A DNA stretch of 64,000 bases from the human T2T-CHM13v2.0 reference genome, Homo sapiens: the NCBI RefSeq assembly GCF_009914755.1, contig NC_060931.1; one strand, written 5' to 3'. The first letter of the stretch is position 1. Every line of letters begins with the position of its first letter. The notes under the pieces were generated by a model. It worked only from the letters and a program-made list of their open reading frames with translations. It had not been told where the DNA came from and searched no databases. Of this stretch, positions 26,850-45,528 are shown in pieces. The position numbers and the translations under genes are program-made.

Positions 26850-27830
26850 CAGAATTCTTTGCATATGCATGTGCATGATGAGAAACACTAAAGTCTTCAA
26901 CTGTAAGAGAAATGATTCCACATAGAAGTAGAGAACTGTAGAAAAGAATGAAGAGTGCCAAAAAGGGTAAATATAGGCAGATTTAAACAAATGTTGGCTG
27001 TTTCAAATGCCAATAATAATAATAGTACCCCACGGAGTGTATAGGATATGCAGAAAGAAAATATGTAAACAAGAATTATACAAAGGGTTAAGTGAGGAGT
27101 GAGGAGTAAGCACATGGAGTTGAACTTGTTAGGGTCCTTAAATGTTTAAGAAGTGGTAAAAGCACTAGTTTAAGGTTGAATGTAGTAAGTCACAGGTGTA
27201 TACCTAGGGTTACCACGGAATGAATAATACAATGTATATGATATATGATATAAAAAGCTAATAGAAGCAATAAAATAATAAATCATTAATTAAAAGATTA
27301 ATAAAACCAATAACTTGATTTATTAAAAGAATCCAAGCAATGAAAAATAAAAGGAAAAGAATATATGAGATTATTAGAAAGCAAATAGCTTAGTGGTTTA
27401 TTTAAACTCAACTGTATCAGTAAATAATAATTATATATGGTATATTTTATACTATGGTATATATACTATATATATATAAACTTAAAAAATAAATTGGGCT
27501 TTATAAATATTAGAATGATTTAAAGGCAAGAGCTATTATGAAAGAGAAGCTGGAAGCTTTAAAAATCATTACATACATGCACAAAAGAGTTGTATTAAAA
27601 AATGTAAAGCAAAAAACAGAATAAATTTGGTATAGAAATACATAAATCCGTAATTATAGTTGAAAACTGTAACTCAGCAATTTCATAAGCAGACCAAATA
27701 ATCGGTAAGTTTATAGAAGATTTAAACAATGGGACGAATTTATCTGACCCAATTTTCGTGTATTGACACTACATAAACAACTACAGATTGCAAGATCCAT
27801 CCCACAGTACATGAAACAATCTTAAATATA
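26850..27830 (+). mobile_element. Old L1M fragment (ORF1 end to ORF2 endonuclease region)
   Basis: aaagaatgaagagtgccaaaagggtaaatat; taattatagttgaaaactgtaac; atagaagatttaaacaa. Confidence 0.6.
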
Positions 27831-27831
27831 T

Positions 27832-28200
27832 TGTGGCAGCCATGGAGGGATACCACTCAGATCTCTTTTCAAGGAAGAATTTGCCATTTTGCTGCAACAA
27901 GAGCAGTTAACTACTAGTCTCCAGCTACCAACCCCTTCAGGATCAGTCTCAGCTTTCTAGCTGAAGCCAGGCTATTCCCAGGCAGCCCCCAGTTAATGAC
28001 TGATCATAGATGGGCATAGGACCTGGCTGTGTGTGCCCATGAAACTTCTCTAATAGCCAATCTTTGTTCTGAAACTCTACTTGGGTGTGTTGGAGATTCA
28101 CCAGATCTTCATTGTAATCTGAAGCTCTTTCTCCACAATCCTGCTTTCTTCCTCCTTTCCTATTACAGAGGTTGGATCAGATCTGTGTCTTAAATGAAGA
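27832..28200 (+). mobile_element. LTR16C-like ERVL LTR
   Basis: tgtggcagccatggag...cagatctc...tctccagct...cccaggcagcccccagttaatgactga. Confidence 0.8.
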
Positions 28201-28354
28201 CATCCACCCAAATGTACGTTTTCTTCCTTTTATTATTCATGGACATTACCAGTCTGTTCTATTTTTCTTATACTTCAAACTATCTCAGCATATGCTTTAT
28301 GGAGAATTCAATTATGCGTCTCATACTAGTAACAAGCAACTACATAATTTGTAA

Positions 28355-28508
28355 ATCCCAGCGCAAAATAAGAATGCATGTCTCCCTGTTCAAAAGTATT
28401 AAGCATTTTAATAAAGCAAGAAAATCAGAGCATTAAAGTAAGCATAGGGCCCTTCTAAGCATAGGGCCTGATGTGACCTACACAGGCCACATGCTCTGGT
28501 ATCAGACG
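28355..28508. mobile_element. MER91-like (hAT-Tip100) relic
   Basis: ccctgttcaaaa...agcatagggcccttctaagcatagggcc...cacaggccacatgc. Confidence 0.7.
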
Positions 28509-28741
28509 TGGTGTAAGAAAACAGATGAAAAAAAAAAAACTGTTTTGGCATTGGATTGCTCACTGCCTACCTGGTAATAAGCAATCCATCCTATGTGGTA
28601 TATGGAGCACAGCACAGTCTCTGGTACAGTGTGATAGCCTGATGCTAAAACTGATGCTAATTTGAAAGAATGTTCTGGTGGAAGGAATTACCCTGAACTA
28701 TGTAATGATTCAAATAAATCAGGATTTTAAAAGTAAGGGGA

Positions 28742-29054
28742 GGCTGAGCACAATGGCACATGCCTTGTAATCCCAGCACTTTGGGAGGCCAAGGCAGGTG
28801 GATCACTTGAGCCCAGGAATTCGAGACCAGACTGGGCAACATGGCAAAACCCTGTCTCTACAAAAAATACAAAAATTAGCCGGATATGGCCATGCATGCC
28901 TGTGATCACAGTTACTTGGGAGGTTGAGGTGTGAGGATCACCTGAACCTAGGTGGTTGAGGCTGCAGTGAGTAGTGATCTCACCACTGCACTCCAGCCTG
29001 GGTGACAGAGTGAGACCCTGTCTCAAAAAAAATTAGTAATAATATAAAATAAAA
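28742..29054 (+). mobile_element. AluJ(b)
   Basis: cacttgagcccaggaattcgag; gaggctgcagtgag. TSD ta(a/g)aagtaaggg. Confidence 0.92.
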
Positions 29055-29305
29055 TAGAAGTAAGGGTATGGGGGGGCAATGTATATAAGATAATAGTGTC
29101 GATTATTATTAAATGACATTGATGTCCTACGTAGGGATAATGAAAAGCAGAGTGAAGTTACTAAAACATTAAAAGTAAAGTTTGATGAGCAGAGGGCCAT
29201 TTTGGTAGCATATAAAAGGCTTTATCTTTTATATTCAGAGAAATAAAAATGTGAAGACCAAACCCAGCTTTTAATAGAATTATCAAGTTACAAAAAGGCA
29301 AGTCA

Positions 29306-29733
<428 letters not shown>

Positions 29734-32039
29734 TCAACATACAAAACAGCAAGTAGCTATGCATTCTCTGAATTGCTTACCTTGAGTTGGTTTCTGTTGA
29801 ACTCATCAAATCAGAAAGTTGTGCAGGTCAAGAAGCGATCTATATAAAATGCAAATGGTACATATGAGATAAAGCCTAAGCACGAAAGCTGCATAAATTG
29901 GTAGCCCAAACCTCAGTGTTACCCCCTACATTTCATTACTGCCCTCCTCTCTCTCAGGTTACACCTGTGGCCACATGGAGGAGTCCTAAATGACCAACTG
30001 AAGGAGAAGCAAAAAACCGAAGCATGGCTTATAATGGGCCTGCTCAGTGTTTAGGCGCCAGCCAAAAATGGGCAGCAGCTACCTTGCAGCCACACTCCAG
30101 GGTGAACTTGCAAGACTTCAACAAATGGTACATCTGGTCAGGTACTTTGTGTAGAAGGAAAAATGATCTGAGGTGAGCTGAAATTATTTTGATTTTTATC
30201 TGACAGAGGACAGGAGCCACATTTTAATCATTTCCACATCCCTACCACCAAAGAAGGACTCCACAAATGTCTGTATTTGAATAGAGTGCCTATTGATGAT
30301 TATCTCATTGAATAGAAATATATTTGCCATTTTAACAGAGAGTAATGTAATGATGTCTTCTTACTTCCTACCTCCAAGTTTTTATAATCTTGGTAATAAA
30401 GGCAAAGGCATAAGATGACTTGCCTGAAGACAAATGTAGTTGTAATAGCATTTCACTTAGGTTTGAGTGAGTATGTCTGTCCTAAGAGTTTTTGTGAACT
30501 ATAAACCTCTTTAGAAGAAGAGACTTTCAATATAGAATTTTTCTTATCCCCCCTCCCCCCAAAAAAAAGCATAAAAATGAAACATAAATAAAATGCTCTA
30601 TCCATGAGGGACTGAACTTAGAATGTAGATCCTCTGATTCAAGGTTGGAGGCTAGACTACCCCACTGGGCTTTGGAGAAATCCAAGTGCAGTAACAGAAA
30701 ATAGCTCTTGACAGCTTCTCAGTACCTTTGACTGCTGGGTGCAAAGAACCCAGCTCGTCATTATGCTTTCCAGAGAGGGAGCTGGAGTTGGAGAGCATAG
30801 TCTCCACTTTCCTGTTGGTAATTTCTATTCCTATGGAGCAAAGGAATGACAGTGACCTATAAGGTCCCTGGTGGTGTGAGACTAGGGCCAGAAAGTCAGT
30901 GAGAAAAAGAACACTGAGTTAGTTTGATTCTATATGGAAGGGATGAAAAATGTAAGAAAGTCAAACATTCTGAATCTTATACCACAGCATGCATTTAAAA
31001 TAAAATAGTAATGAACATGTATTGTTTGAAAGTTTAGAATAGTTTCGAACATATCAATTTATTTGATATAACCTTCAAGACATTTCTGTGTGGCAAGTAT
31101 TGCCATTTCTAATTCTATAAGTGGACTCAGAGGAGCTAATAACTTTCTCAATATCATCCAGCAATTGAGTAGTGAAGAAAGCAAGAATAGTAGTTTCCAT
31201 CAAGATCTTAAATTTACATCTTTTCTTTCCTTTTCTTCTGGCAATGGGTAAACGTAAACAGGGGAGTACTGGCAGTAATTGTGGTTTTAGAACAATGTGG
31301 GTGACTTCGTGCACAAGACAAGATGGACGTCACCATTAAAAATAAATACAGTAGAAAATATAATCATTCCTTTGGGCCATTTATACTTAAATGAAAGAGT
31401 ATAGAAAATTTAGAGTCTTGCATGTGAGCCCAGACACTAAATTATTCCAATATGTACATATTTGGGAACATCTACATTACTCATTGCTCTACTGGCTTCC
31501 AAGTGGAGAAATTTTATCCAAAAGTTGCTTAGTAATTACTTTATCTTTGAGAATTGGCATTCCTTGATTGTCTGATATGCTTTGTTAATAATGAAAATAC
31601 TTCAAAAAAGAGAAAAATTGTGAAAGCATGTGACAGTGTGTGAAAGCAAAGATTTGTTGCAGAGGTATCGAACCCAATAATTCCTACACAGGCACTGAAA
31701 GTATGCCACCAAGCAGGAGACGATCCAAACTGCCAGCAAAGCAACCAAAACAATACATATAGGTCAATCTTCAATAAACACTTACTTATGAAATGAATGA
31801 ATATTTACATCACAGAGGCATCTTATCCTAAACTAAGATTTTAGGATTAAATACTCTAATAATATCTGTTGTTTTTGTAGGGCAAAATTGCTTGGATATA
31901 TCTGTGCCATACATACCTTTAATTATTGAACCATTTCTGTCTCCTATTTTCAAACTTTGTAAATTTCTGCTCATCCCGATCTTGGTTGCATATTTATTTT
32001 TCTAGTAGATAGCTTTTTTTTTCTCTAAAAAATTATAAT

Positions 32040-32230
32040 AGATACTGTTTTCCAAGCACTGGATATTATGCTGAGTAATTTTAGACAATTTCTTATTTAA
32101 TTATCCTACTAATCCAGCAAGTTATTATTCTCATTTTACAAACAAGGACATTGAATCTCAAAGAAATTAAGTAACTTACTCCATGAAATGGAGTAGTAAG
32201 CAACAGACCTAGCATTTCAATATAGAATTA
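32040..32230 (-). mobile_element. MIR
   Basis: ttattattctcattttacaaacaaggacattgaatctcaaagaaattaagtaactt. Confidence 0.7.
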
Positions 32231-32277
32231 AAGTTTTGAGGGTGAAACAGTATGTTTTGTATATCTTCCATATCAGT

Positions 32278-32420
32278 GTGTGCATTAGAATCACCTGAAA
32301 AACTTAACAAACTTTCCCACTTCATAACCTCTAGAGATTCTGATTCAGTTGGTCTAGGAAGGACCATACAAATCTGCATTTCTAACAATTCCCTTGGCGT
32401 GATTCTTATGCAACCAGTTA
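32278..32420. mobile_element. MER5-type (hAT-Charlie) relic
   Basis: tgcattagaatcacctg...agagattctgattcagttggtct...aatctgcatttctaacaa. Confidence 0.8.
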
Positions 32421-32621
32421 AAAGTAGTGCTGTATATCACTATATCACTATATCAATGCCTTCCATATAGTAAGATATATTCACATAAATGAATGAATTT
32501 CAGATATCGAGCTGGTGTTTTTTGTGTGTTTTGTAAGATTTGAAGATATTTTTGATGGTGGAACACAACACAGTGACACTCAAATAGATGAAAGGCAGAA
32601 CACTTCATTATTTAAAGCTCA

Positions 32622-33355
32622 GGAATGCTTTGTCTATTTGAGGTCTTTGTTTCCATAACATTTTTAGTATTTTTTTCTATTTATATGGAGAACGTAATTG
32701 TTATTTTAAGAGAGATTATATTAAATCTATAGATAGCTGTTATATGGTCATTTTCACAGTATTAATTATTTCAGTCCATAAATATGGGATGCCTTTTCAT
32801 TGTTTCCATTCTCTTCAATTTCTTTGATCAGTATTTTATAGTTTTCCTTAGAGATCTTTCACTTCCTTGGTTAAATTTATCCCAACATGTTTTATTTATT
32901 TGTAGCTATCATAAATTGAATTGCTGTCTTGATTTCTTTTTCTACTAGTTTATTGTTGGTGTATAGAAACACGACTGATTTTTGCATGTTGATTTTGTAT
33001 TCCACAACTTTACTGAACTTGTTTATAGGTTCAAAAAGGTTTTTTTGGGTGGAGCTCTTAGAGTTTTCAGTATATAAGATAATGTCTACATGGAGACAGT
33101 TTAACTTCCTCTTTTTCAATTTGGAAGTCCTTTCTTTATTTCTATCTAATTGCTCTGGCTGGATCTTCCAGAACTATGTGAATAAAAGCAAGGAAAGTTG
33201 GCATCCTTGTCTTGTTCTAGATGTTAGAGAAGAAGCTTCAGGTCTTCCCCATTCAGTATGTTAGCTGTGGGTTTGTCATATAAACCTTTGTTACGTTGAG
33301 GTATGTTTATTACCTCAACCTAATATGTTGTGAGTTTTTATTACGAAAGGATGTC
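32622..33355 (-). mobile_element. L1M/L1PB ORF2 (RT region) fragment
   Basis: Minus-strand peptide INKFSKVVEYKINMQKSVVFLYTNN (32892-33119). Confidence 0.85.
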
Positions 33356-34197
33356 TTCTTTCTCCATGCTACATTTTGAATTTGCTACTGTCTGTCCTGG
33401 AGTTAACTTCAGCACTTTACCTTGTTTTGCACATTAAAAAAAAATCCTGAACACACTCAGACACACTGGTGTAAACATACAATAGCACTTATAGTATGCA
33501 TTGTGTGTGGAGCATACTTTGATAAAAATTTGGAGTTTAAATTTAAAAGTTTAAATTGTTGCAGTAATAACAACTTAGTATAATCATTACACATAGCTGT
33601 TTCTAAACTTCTTGGACAATTTCACAACGTTGCCCAGTAACTCACTTTTCCTTTTAACTTTCTGCTCTCTGTGTCTGTGAATTTCTAATATGAAAGAGCT
33701 TTGGTATTTCTTCTGTTTCCTGGACTTCCTTTAAACCCTCTTCTCATGGTCTCATATTCCACTCCACGTAATTTATCTGCGTATTTTCCTAAAGAGAGAA
33801 TGTTTCCACTGGAGCCAGCTATTAATATTAATATTTATTTTCACTGTTACTGAATACATTTGCCTTCTCATGGGAAATCTTCATTTCACTGAAAGATGTC
33901 ATATAAGGTCTATAATTCAAATTATCCTCCTAAGTAGCTTCATTTTGTATTATTTCCATAATAACTGTAAAGTAATTACCTTGATTTCTACTCAGTAGCT
34001 TCTGGGAATAAAATAGGGCAACCAGAGGATGATGACTGCTCTTTCTGCTTTCACCACTAAATTCCATGTACACTGGAGGACATTTAGCTAAAAACAGATT
34101 TCACTGAATTTCTGTTCCACAATTTACAGGTCCAGAGGTAAATAGTGACCAAAAAATAAAACTACGCAATTAGAAAATTAGTATGAAATAATTGCTA

Positions 34198-34529
<332 letters not shown>

Positions 34530-34669
34530 AATTGCTAAAGTAAGGAGGGGCAAAAAATTAAGGAACATACAATGTTTCATTTTGCTCAAGTGAAAAAAAA
34601 ATAGAATGTTTCTTAACCTTCTTCTGTTCTCAACTTCACAATTTTGACTGTGCCAGGGCTCAGTTAGCA

Positions 34670-36322
34670 TATTTAGTCTACTCCCTCTGTCTTCACTCCT
34701 TAGGTGATTCCATCCAGTCCCATATGCTGTCCAGCCTCATTCCCCCAGTGAAGCCTGCCCAATTTCCCTTGTGTTTCCCTTAGATGCCACATAAGCACTT
34801 CAAGCTACCATGGTCAAGGCAGGATTCTTGATTTTTTCTTCTAGCTCCCCAAATTTTTTTCAAATTAATCAGTGTCCCTACCATTTACCAGATAAATATT
34901 TGATTTATTGCTTTCACTTGCATTCTTCCAATCCATTAGCAAATCCTAATGGCTTTGCCTTCAAAATACACAGTGAATTTTACCATGTCTCATTGTTTCT
35001 GCCAATATTACAGGCTTCTGTCATCTCTTGTATCAACTACTGCTAAAAGTAGCTAATGCTTCTGCTTGCCTTTTTCATCATGCCTTCTACAGTCTGCCTC
35101 TCAGCTGTCAGAGAGAAAGTCTTTTAAAGTGTAAGTCAGATCAAGGCATTTTCTATTCAAAATCCTCTAATAGCTCCTTATCACATTTTGAAAAATGTAG
35201 TGAGGACTAAGCTCTGATATTTATCTTGCCCAGATTCCTATCTATGTGATCTAGGGAGTCATGCCCTACAAACCATAAATTCTCATCATATGGGTTTCAT
35301 TTGACCCTATATAGCATGACTTACTTTTCAATCTGACTCTGGCATAACATTATGAGACAAGAAAAAGAATATTTAACCCCAAATTATATTTCCTTACCAT
35401 ACCTTGAAATTGCCTTGCAAAGTCTCTTGTGGGAAAAATACACACCCTATAGGGAATCCCCTTCCCCCTTTGTTTTCCTTCCTTTCTTTCCAGATCCAGG
35501 AGATAATCAACTAAGAGCCAGGTGCACTTTTAGGTCTGATAAAGAAACATTTTACAACCTACTCTTTCTCTGATGTCTGCTGAGAGATTCCTCTGCACAA
35601 TAAAACTTGGTCGGCACAATCCTGTATCTTAACCTGAACATTCCTTTCTATTGATCACAGTTCTTCAGATAAAACTCAACCAATTGTCAACCAGAAAATG
35701 TTTAAATTTACCTATAGCCTGGAAGCCCCCCACCCCCACCCACGTTGAGTTGTCCCTCCTTTCTGAACCAAACGAATGTATTTCTTAATTGTATTTGATT
35801 GACGTCTTATGACTCCCTAAAAATATACAAAACCAAGCTGTACCCCGACCACCTTGGGCACATGTTCTCAGGACCTCCTGAGGGCTGTGTCATGGTCCAT
35901 GGTCACTCATATTTGACTCAGAATAAATCTCTCTTAAAATATTTTATAGAGTTTGACTTGTTTTGTTGACAGTAGAAATACGTTGTTTTGGCTTCTACCA
36001 CTACATAATCTAGCCCCTTGATTCCCTCTTTGACTACATCTTTGATGGTTTCATCCCTCTCATCCTCAGCTACAGAATCCCTGGGATTCTTTTAAATCCT
36101 TGAATATTCCAAGTTGTTCCTCCCTAAGAGGCTGTATAATTCTTACACCCGTGACTTGCAATGAACTTCCCATACCTTTTCTATTTCTTCCACTAAATTG
36201 CCTATACGTCATGATGGCATGGACTTTGTGTATCTTTTTACATGATAAGTTCAGTGCTTGAAAAAATGCCTGGTACACATGAGATGCTGAATAAACATTT
36301 GTAAAATGACTGCATGGGCAAA
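34670..36322 (+). mobile_element. L2 fragment split by MER4E
   Basis: cactccttaggtgattccatccagtccc...gccttcaaaata...tgcctggtacacatgagatgctgaataaacatttg. Confidence 0.75.
35201..35971 (+). mobile_element. MER4E-type ERV1 solo LTR
   Basis: tgaggactaagctctgat...gagtttgacttgttttgttgaca. Exact 4-bp TSD gtag. Confidence 0.9.
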
Positions 36323-36449
36323 TGAATCTATTTCTAAAATCTGAAGTAAGTAGAGAAGATTATATACATTAAGCGATAAATGTGCAGATAATAACTAATT
36401 CTTAAAACAACAATTCTAGGTTGACAGTTTCTATAATATAATCATAATA

Positions 36450-36690
36450 AGCAATATTTACTGAGCATTTAATGTTCCTCCCACATTGAGCTAAATACCT
36501 TTGGTCATCATCTCATTTATATATAACAATAACAACGTGAAGTAGTACTCTTAGTTCTCCTATATTTCAAATGAATACCGTGAGGTTCATAGAGGTTAAG
36601 TGACTCAATTCCCATTGTCACACAAATTTTAAACAATGAAGTTGGTACTGGAACTTAGTCAAATTCCAAAGCTTATGCTTGCACTAACTA
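36450..36690 (-). mobile_element. MIR
   Basis: atatttactgagcattt...tgaggttcatagaggttaagtgact. Confidence 0.75.
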
Positions 36691-37061
36691 TATCACACAA
36701 AGGTAACATGGTAATTATTTTTAAAGCTAGACTATCTGAACTGATGTCTCTATTACTTAAAGGCACTGACAATCTAATAATTCTGTAAAAGAATCTGCTG
36801 CTGATAAATGTATGAATATACCAAAAGCAGCATGAAGAAGAGTAATGAGAGTGCACATGGTACTAGATGAAGGTTCAGAATAACTGGGTTCTAGTGCTTT
36901 GTTGGCTGCTCTCTAGTTTAAGAAACTGGACTTCAGTCTCCTTTTCCATAAAAGACAGAAATTCAACTAAAATCAAAGGCTTGAAACTAGATTGTTCTTG
37001 AGCGAAAATCAGTTCACAGACATGTTTTCTTAGGCTCTTGCTGTCCTTTTTATAATTTTAA

Positions 37062-38105
37062 ATTATTATTATTTTTATTGTTTAAAATTGACAGATAAAA
37101 TTGTATGTATTTACGATATACAACATGATGTTTTGACATATATATGCACTGTGGAATGACTAAATCTAGCTAATTAACATATATATTACTTCACATAGTT
37201 ATTTTTGGGGTGAGAATGAAACCGCCTTTGCAAAATTATAACTGTGGAAATTATGACAGTGAAAGAAATCAGACCTAACTGACTCCATCTTGCTTCTAAC
37301 CATTAAGCTGCCCTTGTTCATTCCTGGGCATAGGCCGAACTAACACTGGGAAGGAATTCAGTTCATAGTTTGACTCTGAAAAAAAATTGATAACATCCCT
37401 TTCCCAAAAAGACCCCCTTCTTGCCTGGGAACCAATCTGCCTTTGCAGGACTAACAAATTACCTACCAGATTAGAAATTACAGTTTAGGGGTCTGCAGCC
37501 TCCGGCTCCAAGAGTCTGAACTTCCCCAATTTGCTCCTGGGGATAACATAACTATGGTAAAACCTAAGATCAGTGCTTAAGATATTTTGCAGGCCCTGCA
37601 CTCAGTGGATCAACTGACACCACCCAGACTAGTAACGTGGCTCAATCAGTTCTGCCATCCCACCCAGGAACAGAAGACAGCAAGAAAAACTCACTTCGAC
37701 TCCCTGTGATTCCATCTCCAACCTGACCAATCAGCACTCCCCACTTGCCAAGCCCCTACCTGCCAGATTATCTTTAAAAACTCTGATCCCCGAATTCCCA
37801 GGGGAGACTGATTTGAGTAATAATAAAACTCCTGGTCTCCTACACAGCTGTCTCTGCGTGAATTACTCTTTCTCCATTGCAATTCCCTTGTCTTGATAAA
37901 TCAGTTCTGTCTAGGCAGCAGGCAAGGTGAACCCATTGGGTGGTTACAAGAACACTTTACATCCACTATCTTAGCATTTTTCAAGAATACAATATATTTA
38001 TTAACTATAGTCACCATGTTGTACAATAGATCTTTAGAACTTATTCCTCCTATCTAACTGAAATTTTGTATCCTTGACAAATATCTCCCCAACCTCCCCA
38101 CATCA
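37062..38105 (-). mobile_element. L1MA 3' end split by LTR8
   Basis: aattgacagataaaattgtatgtattt...tgagaa|cactttacatccactatcttagcattttcaagaatacaata. Confidence 0.85.
37217..37948 (+). mobile_element. LTR8-family (LTR8A/B) ERV1 solo LTR
   Basis: tgaaaccgcctttgcaaaattata...gaacccattgggtggttaca. Exact 4-bp TSD agaa. Confidence 0.92.
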
Positions 38106-38738
38106 ACTTTGAAAAGAATGTCTGCATCCCTTTTGGTAGGGAATTTAGTCCACTCACATCCTGTCCCAAGGAGTTCCTATTGTCTTTCATCCATTCCATT
38201 TAAGTCAACAACATTTAAAACCTTGGTCTCTCAGGGCATTTGCTTTTGTGATATCTGAGGTAAATTTCACGGTGTTCCATCCCTTTTGAAGTCAAAGCAT
38301 ACATACTGTTAACGGAAAATTCAATGAGGAGCTACCAATTTCTAAACAAAATTTTAAAAGCAACTTTAATAGTAGAATCATCATTTTTAATTGTCAATCG
38401 AAGCATATCTCATTAGATATGTTTATTAGATAACATATGGATAACATTTATCCATATCCTGCACAGCTGTAAAAGAACACAAGTACACTAACTATACACT
38501 TACAATTTATTTAAATATGATTGTCACACATCACTTTAGTTTTGACTTGACTGATATGTGAAGATATATAATTTGTTTCATTGCTGTCATTTTGAAATCT
38601 TTTGCATTCTAAGGAATTTGGACAAGAAATGAGTGTTTCATATTAACAGCCAAGAGAATGTCTATAGTAGCAAAAATCCTCATGTAAAGTGGAAAATCCA
38701 GTCATGTGATATTTTCTTTACAAAATGTCAAACATCTG

Positions 38739-42783
<4,045 letters not shown>

Positions 42784-43329
42784 GGACTATCCTTTCCCAC
42801 ACTGAAGTGTCTAGGTACTTTTGTGAAAAGTCAATGACAACAGACATAATGTTTATTTCTGTACTCTCAAACGATAATGTCAAACATCTGGAGGTTTGGG
42901 GAGAACTTCACAATTACCTAAATATTTTATTGCTTATCTGGATATTTATTTTCCTGTAACTGCAACTAATTTGGCACATTGTCATAAGTAAGGGGCCAGG
43001 TGTAAAGAGTGTTGGATTCCAGGGGAAAAACAATATTTTTTCTCCAAAGAACTAAAAATATTATTATTTTTAAAATGTCTTTAAAGAGTTTTAGTCTGCT
43101 TGAAGGCATTACTTAGGTTTTTAGTTCACAAAGTTCCATTCTAAACAATGAAGATTTTCATTTGTCTTGTGTGAATTTTGTTATAGTGAGAAGCTTTACA
43201 GAGAAAAGAGCTATAATTGTATAATCTTTTATTCTTAAGTTTGCATTAATTCATCATTACTTCAATTACAATGGTATACACAGAAAAATTTAAAAATACA
43301 AAGAGAGAAAAAACTAAATGTAACTGTTT

Positions 43330-43656
43330 TTTTGTTTGTTTGTTTGTTTGTTTTGAGACAGAGTTTCAATACTCTGTCAGCCCAGGCTGGATCTGTAGCC
43401 CAGGCTGGAGTGTAGTGGTGCAATCTCGGCTCACCGGAAGCTCGCCTCCTGGGTTCACGCCATTCTCCTGCCTCAGCCCCCCGAGTAGCTTGGACTACAG
43501 GCGCCTGCCACCACGCCCAGCTAATTTTTTGTATTTTTAGTAGATACAGGGTTTCACCGTGTTAGCCAGGATGGTCTCGATCTCCTGACCTCGTGATCCA
43601 CCCACCTCGGCCTCGCAAAGTGCTGGGATTACAGGCGTGAGCCACCGCGACCGGCC
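43330..43656 (-). mobile_element. AluY with internal duplication
   Basis: gggttcacgccattctc, caccgtgttagccaggatgg. TSD aatgtaactgttttt. Confidence 0.93.
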
Positions 43657-43808
43657 AATGTAACTGTTTTTGTTAGATTCTTTAAGATTTGAGAGGGTTT
43701 CCTTTTTTATAAATGTTCTATAATGGATTATTATTAAAAATGAAAACAAATGAGTATTTCAGATTACTACAAACATGCATAGATTAACTTTTATAAAAAG
43801 AAAAACCT

Positions 43809-44485
43809 CATTCTAACTGGTGAGAGATGGTATCTCACTGTGGTTTTGATTTGCGTTCCTCTAATGACCAGTGTTGATGAGCTTTTTTTCATATATTTGT
43901 TGGCCGCATAAATATCTTCTTTTGAGAAGTAAATGTCTGTTCATATCCTTTGCCTACTTTTTGATGGGATTGTTTGTTTTTTTCTTGTAAATTTGTTTAA
44001 GTTCCTTGTAGATTCTAGATATTAGCCCTTTATCAGATGGATAGATTGCAAAAATTTTCCCCATTCTGTAGGTTGCCTGTCCACTTTGATGATAGTTTCT
44101 TTTGCTGTGCAGAAGCTCTTTAGTTTAATTAGATCCCATTTGTCAATTTTGGGTTTTGTTGCCATTGCTTTTGGTGTTTTAGTCATGAAGCCTTTGCCCA
44201 TGCATATGTCCTGAATGGTATTGCCTGGGTTTTCTTCCAGGGTTTTTATGGTTTTAGGTCTTACATTTAAGTCTTTAATCCATCTTGAGTTAATTTTTGA
44301 ATTAAGATGTAAGGAAGGGGTCCAGTTTCAGTTTTCTGCATATGTTTGGCCAGTTTTCCCAGTACCATTTATTAAATAGGGAAATCTTTCCCCATTGCTT
44401 GTTTTTGTCAGCCTTGTCAAAGGTCAGGTGGTTGTAGCTGTGTAGTGTTATTTCTGAGGCCTCTGTTTTGTTCCATTGATCTATA
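43809..44485 (-). mobile_element. L1PA internal ORF2 fragment lacking 3'UTR and poly(A)
   Basis: Reverse complement matches the in-window L1 at about 56876-57549. Confidence 0.9.
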
Positions 44486-45297
44486 ACTCATTTTTTCAAA
44501 ATCACATTTTAGCTTGTGTTCCTGATCAACATAGTTCCTATGAAGGCGTATCCAAGTTTCTGGAATCTGAGCAAACGAGAACCTGCTAATATTTAGAGTG
44601 CATTGATTGATGTCTAATACCAAGTAAAAAGTATAATATGGCTATTTCTCACTAGCCATAAATGAATGGAAGCTAACATCCTAAGGAGCGTTTGACTCTC
44701 AAAATACTGTATGGACAAATTACCAAGGAATTTTTCATTAGAAGGCTTAAGAAAATAATTCTAAACAACAACAACAGAAAACCCTAAAGAATTTCCATGA
44801 GTCTGGTCTTGATTGTGATCCTCTTCATAAAAATTAACTGAGATTCTAAATGTATTAGGAAATAAAGAAAGAAAAACATTAGAAACACCTGAAAAAGGAC
44901 TACCATTAACTCAGATAACTGAATGCTCAATAAAATAAATTAATCATCATTTATTGAAAGATTATTTTCTTTTATTCAGTTTTTCTTAAGCCAAAAGCTA
45001 CAAACTATTCACTATACTAAATAATTCCTTAGAAAAATAATGCCTTATCTTAAGAGGAGTTGCCTATTTTCATACTCCGGGAAGACATGCTATTTAATAA
45101 ACTGATGAGTTGCAACCTGTTGGTCTTGTGGCAATAATATCTGGCAGTAAATCAATGAGAAAACACCAGAATCATCAGAATGGACTGCCTGGAGATGATT
45201 CCCAAATCTCCTACAGTAATCGGCAAATTCACTGCATTCAGCGAATTAAGCAACTGTATTACAAAGAAAGCTGTAGAAAATGTGATTAAATTTGGCT

Positions 45298-45479
45298 TGT
45301 TCATTAATTGGCTCGGGCTGCCATAACAAAATACCATAGACTGATGAGTAGGTTAAACAACAGAAATTAATTTTCTCTAGGTACTGGAGGCTAGAGGTCC
45401 AAGAATAGAGTGCTAGCAAGGTAAGGGCTCTCTTTCTGGCATGCAGAGAATCACTATCTCAATGTGTTCACATGGCTCC

Positions 45480-45482
<3 letters not shown>
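45298..45482 (-). mobile_element. MLT1A-like LTR fragment
   Basis: gggctgccataacaaaataccatagactg...ctggaggctagaggtccaag. Confidence 0.8.

Positions 45483-45526
<44 letters not shown>
45483..45526. repeat. (GT)22 perfect microsatellite
   Basis: Direct reading. Confidence 0.97.

Positions 45527-45528
<2 letters not shown>

Larger units (their letters stand above)
36976..38258. mobile_element. MER102-like (hAT-Charlie) relic split by L1MA and LTR8
   Basis: Left end cacagacatgttttcttaggc; right end ggcatttgcttttgtgatatctg. Confidence 0.5.

Noticed and set aside
28438-28468. taagcatagggcc direct repeat
   Set aside because: Explained by the internal repeat of the MER91-like element
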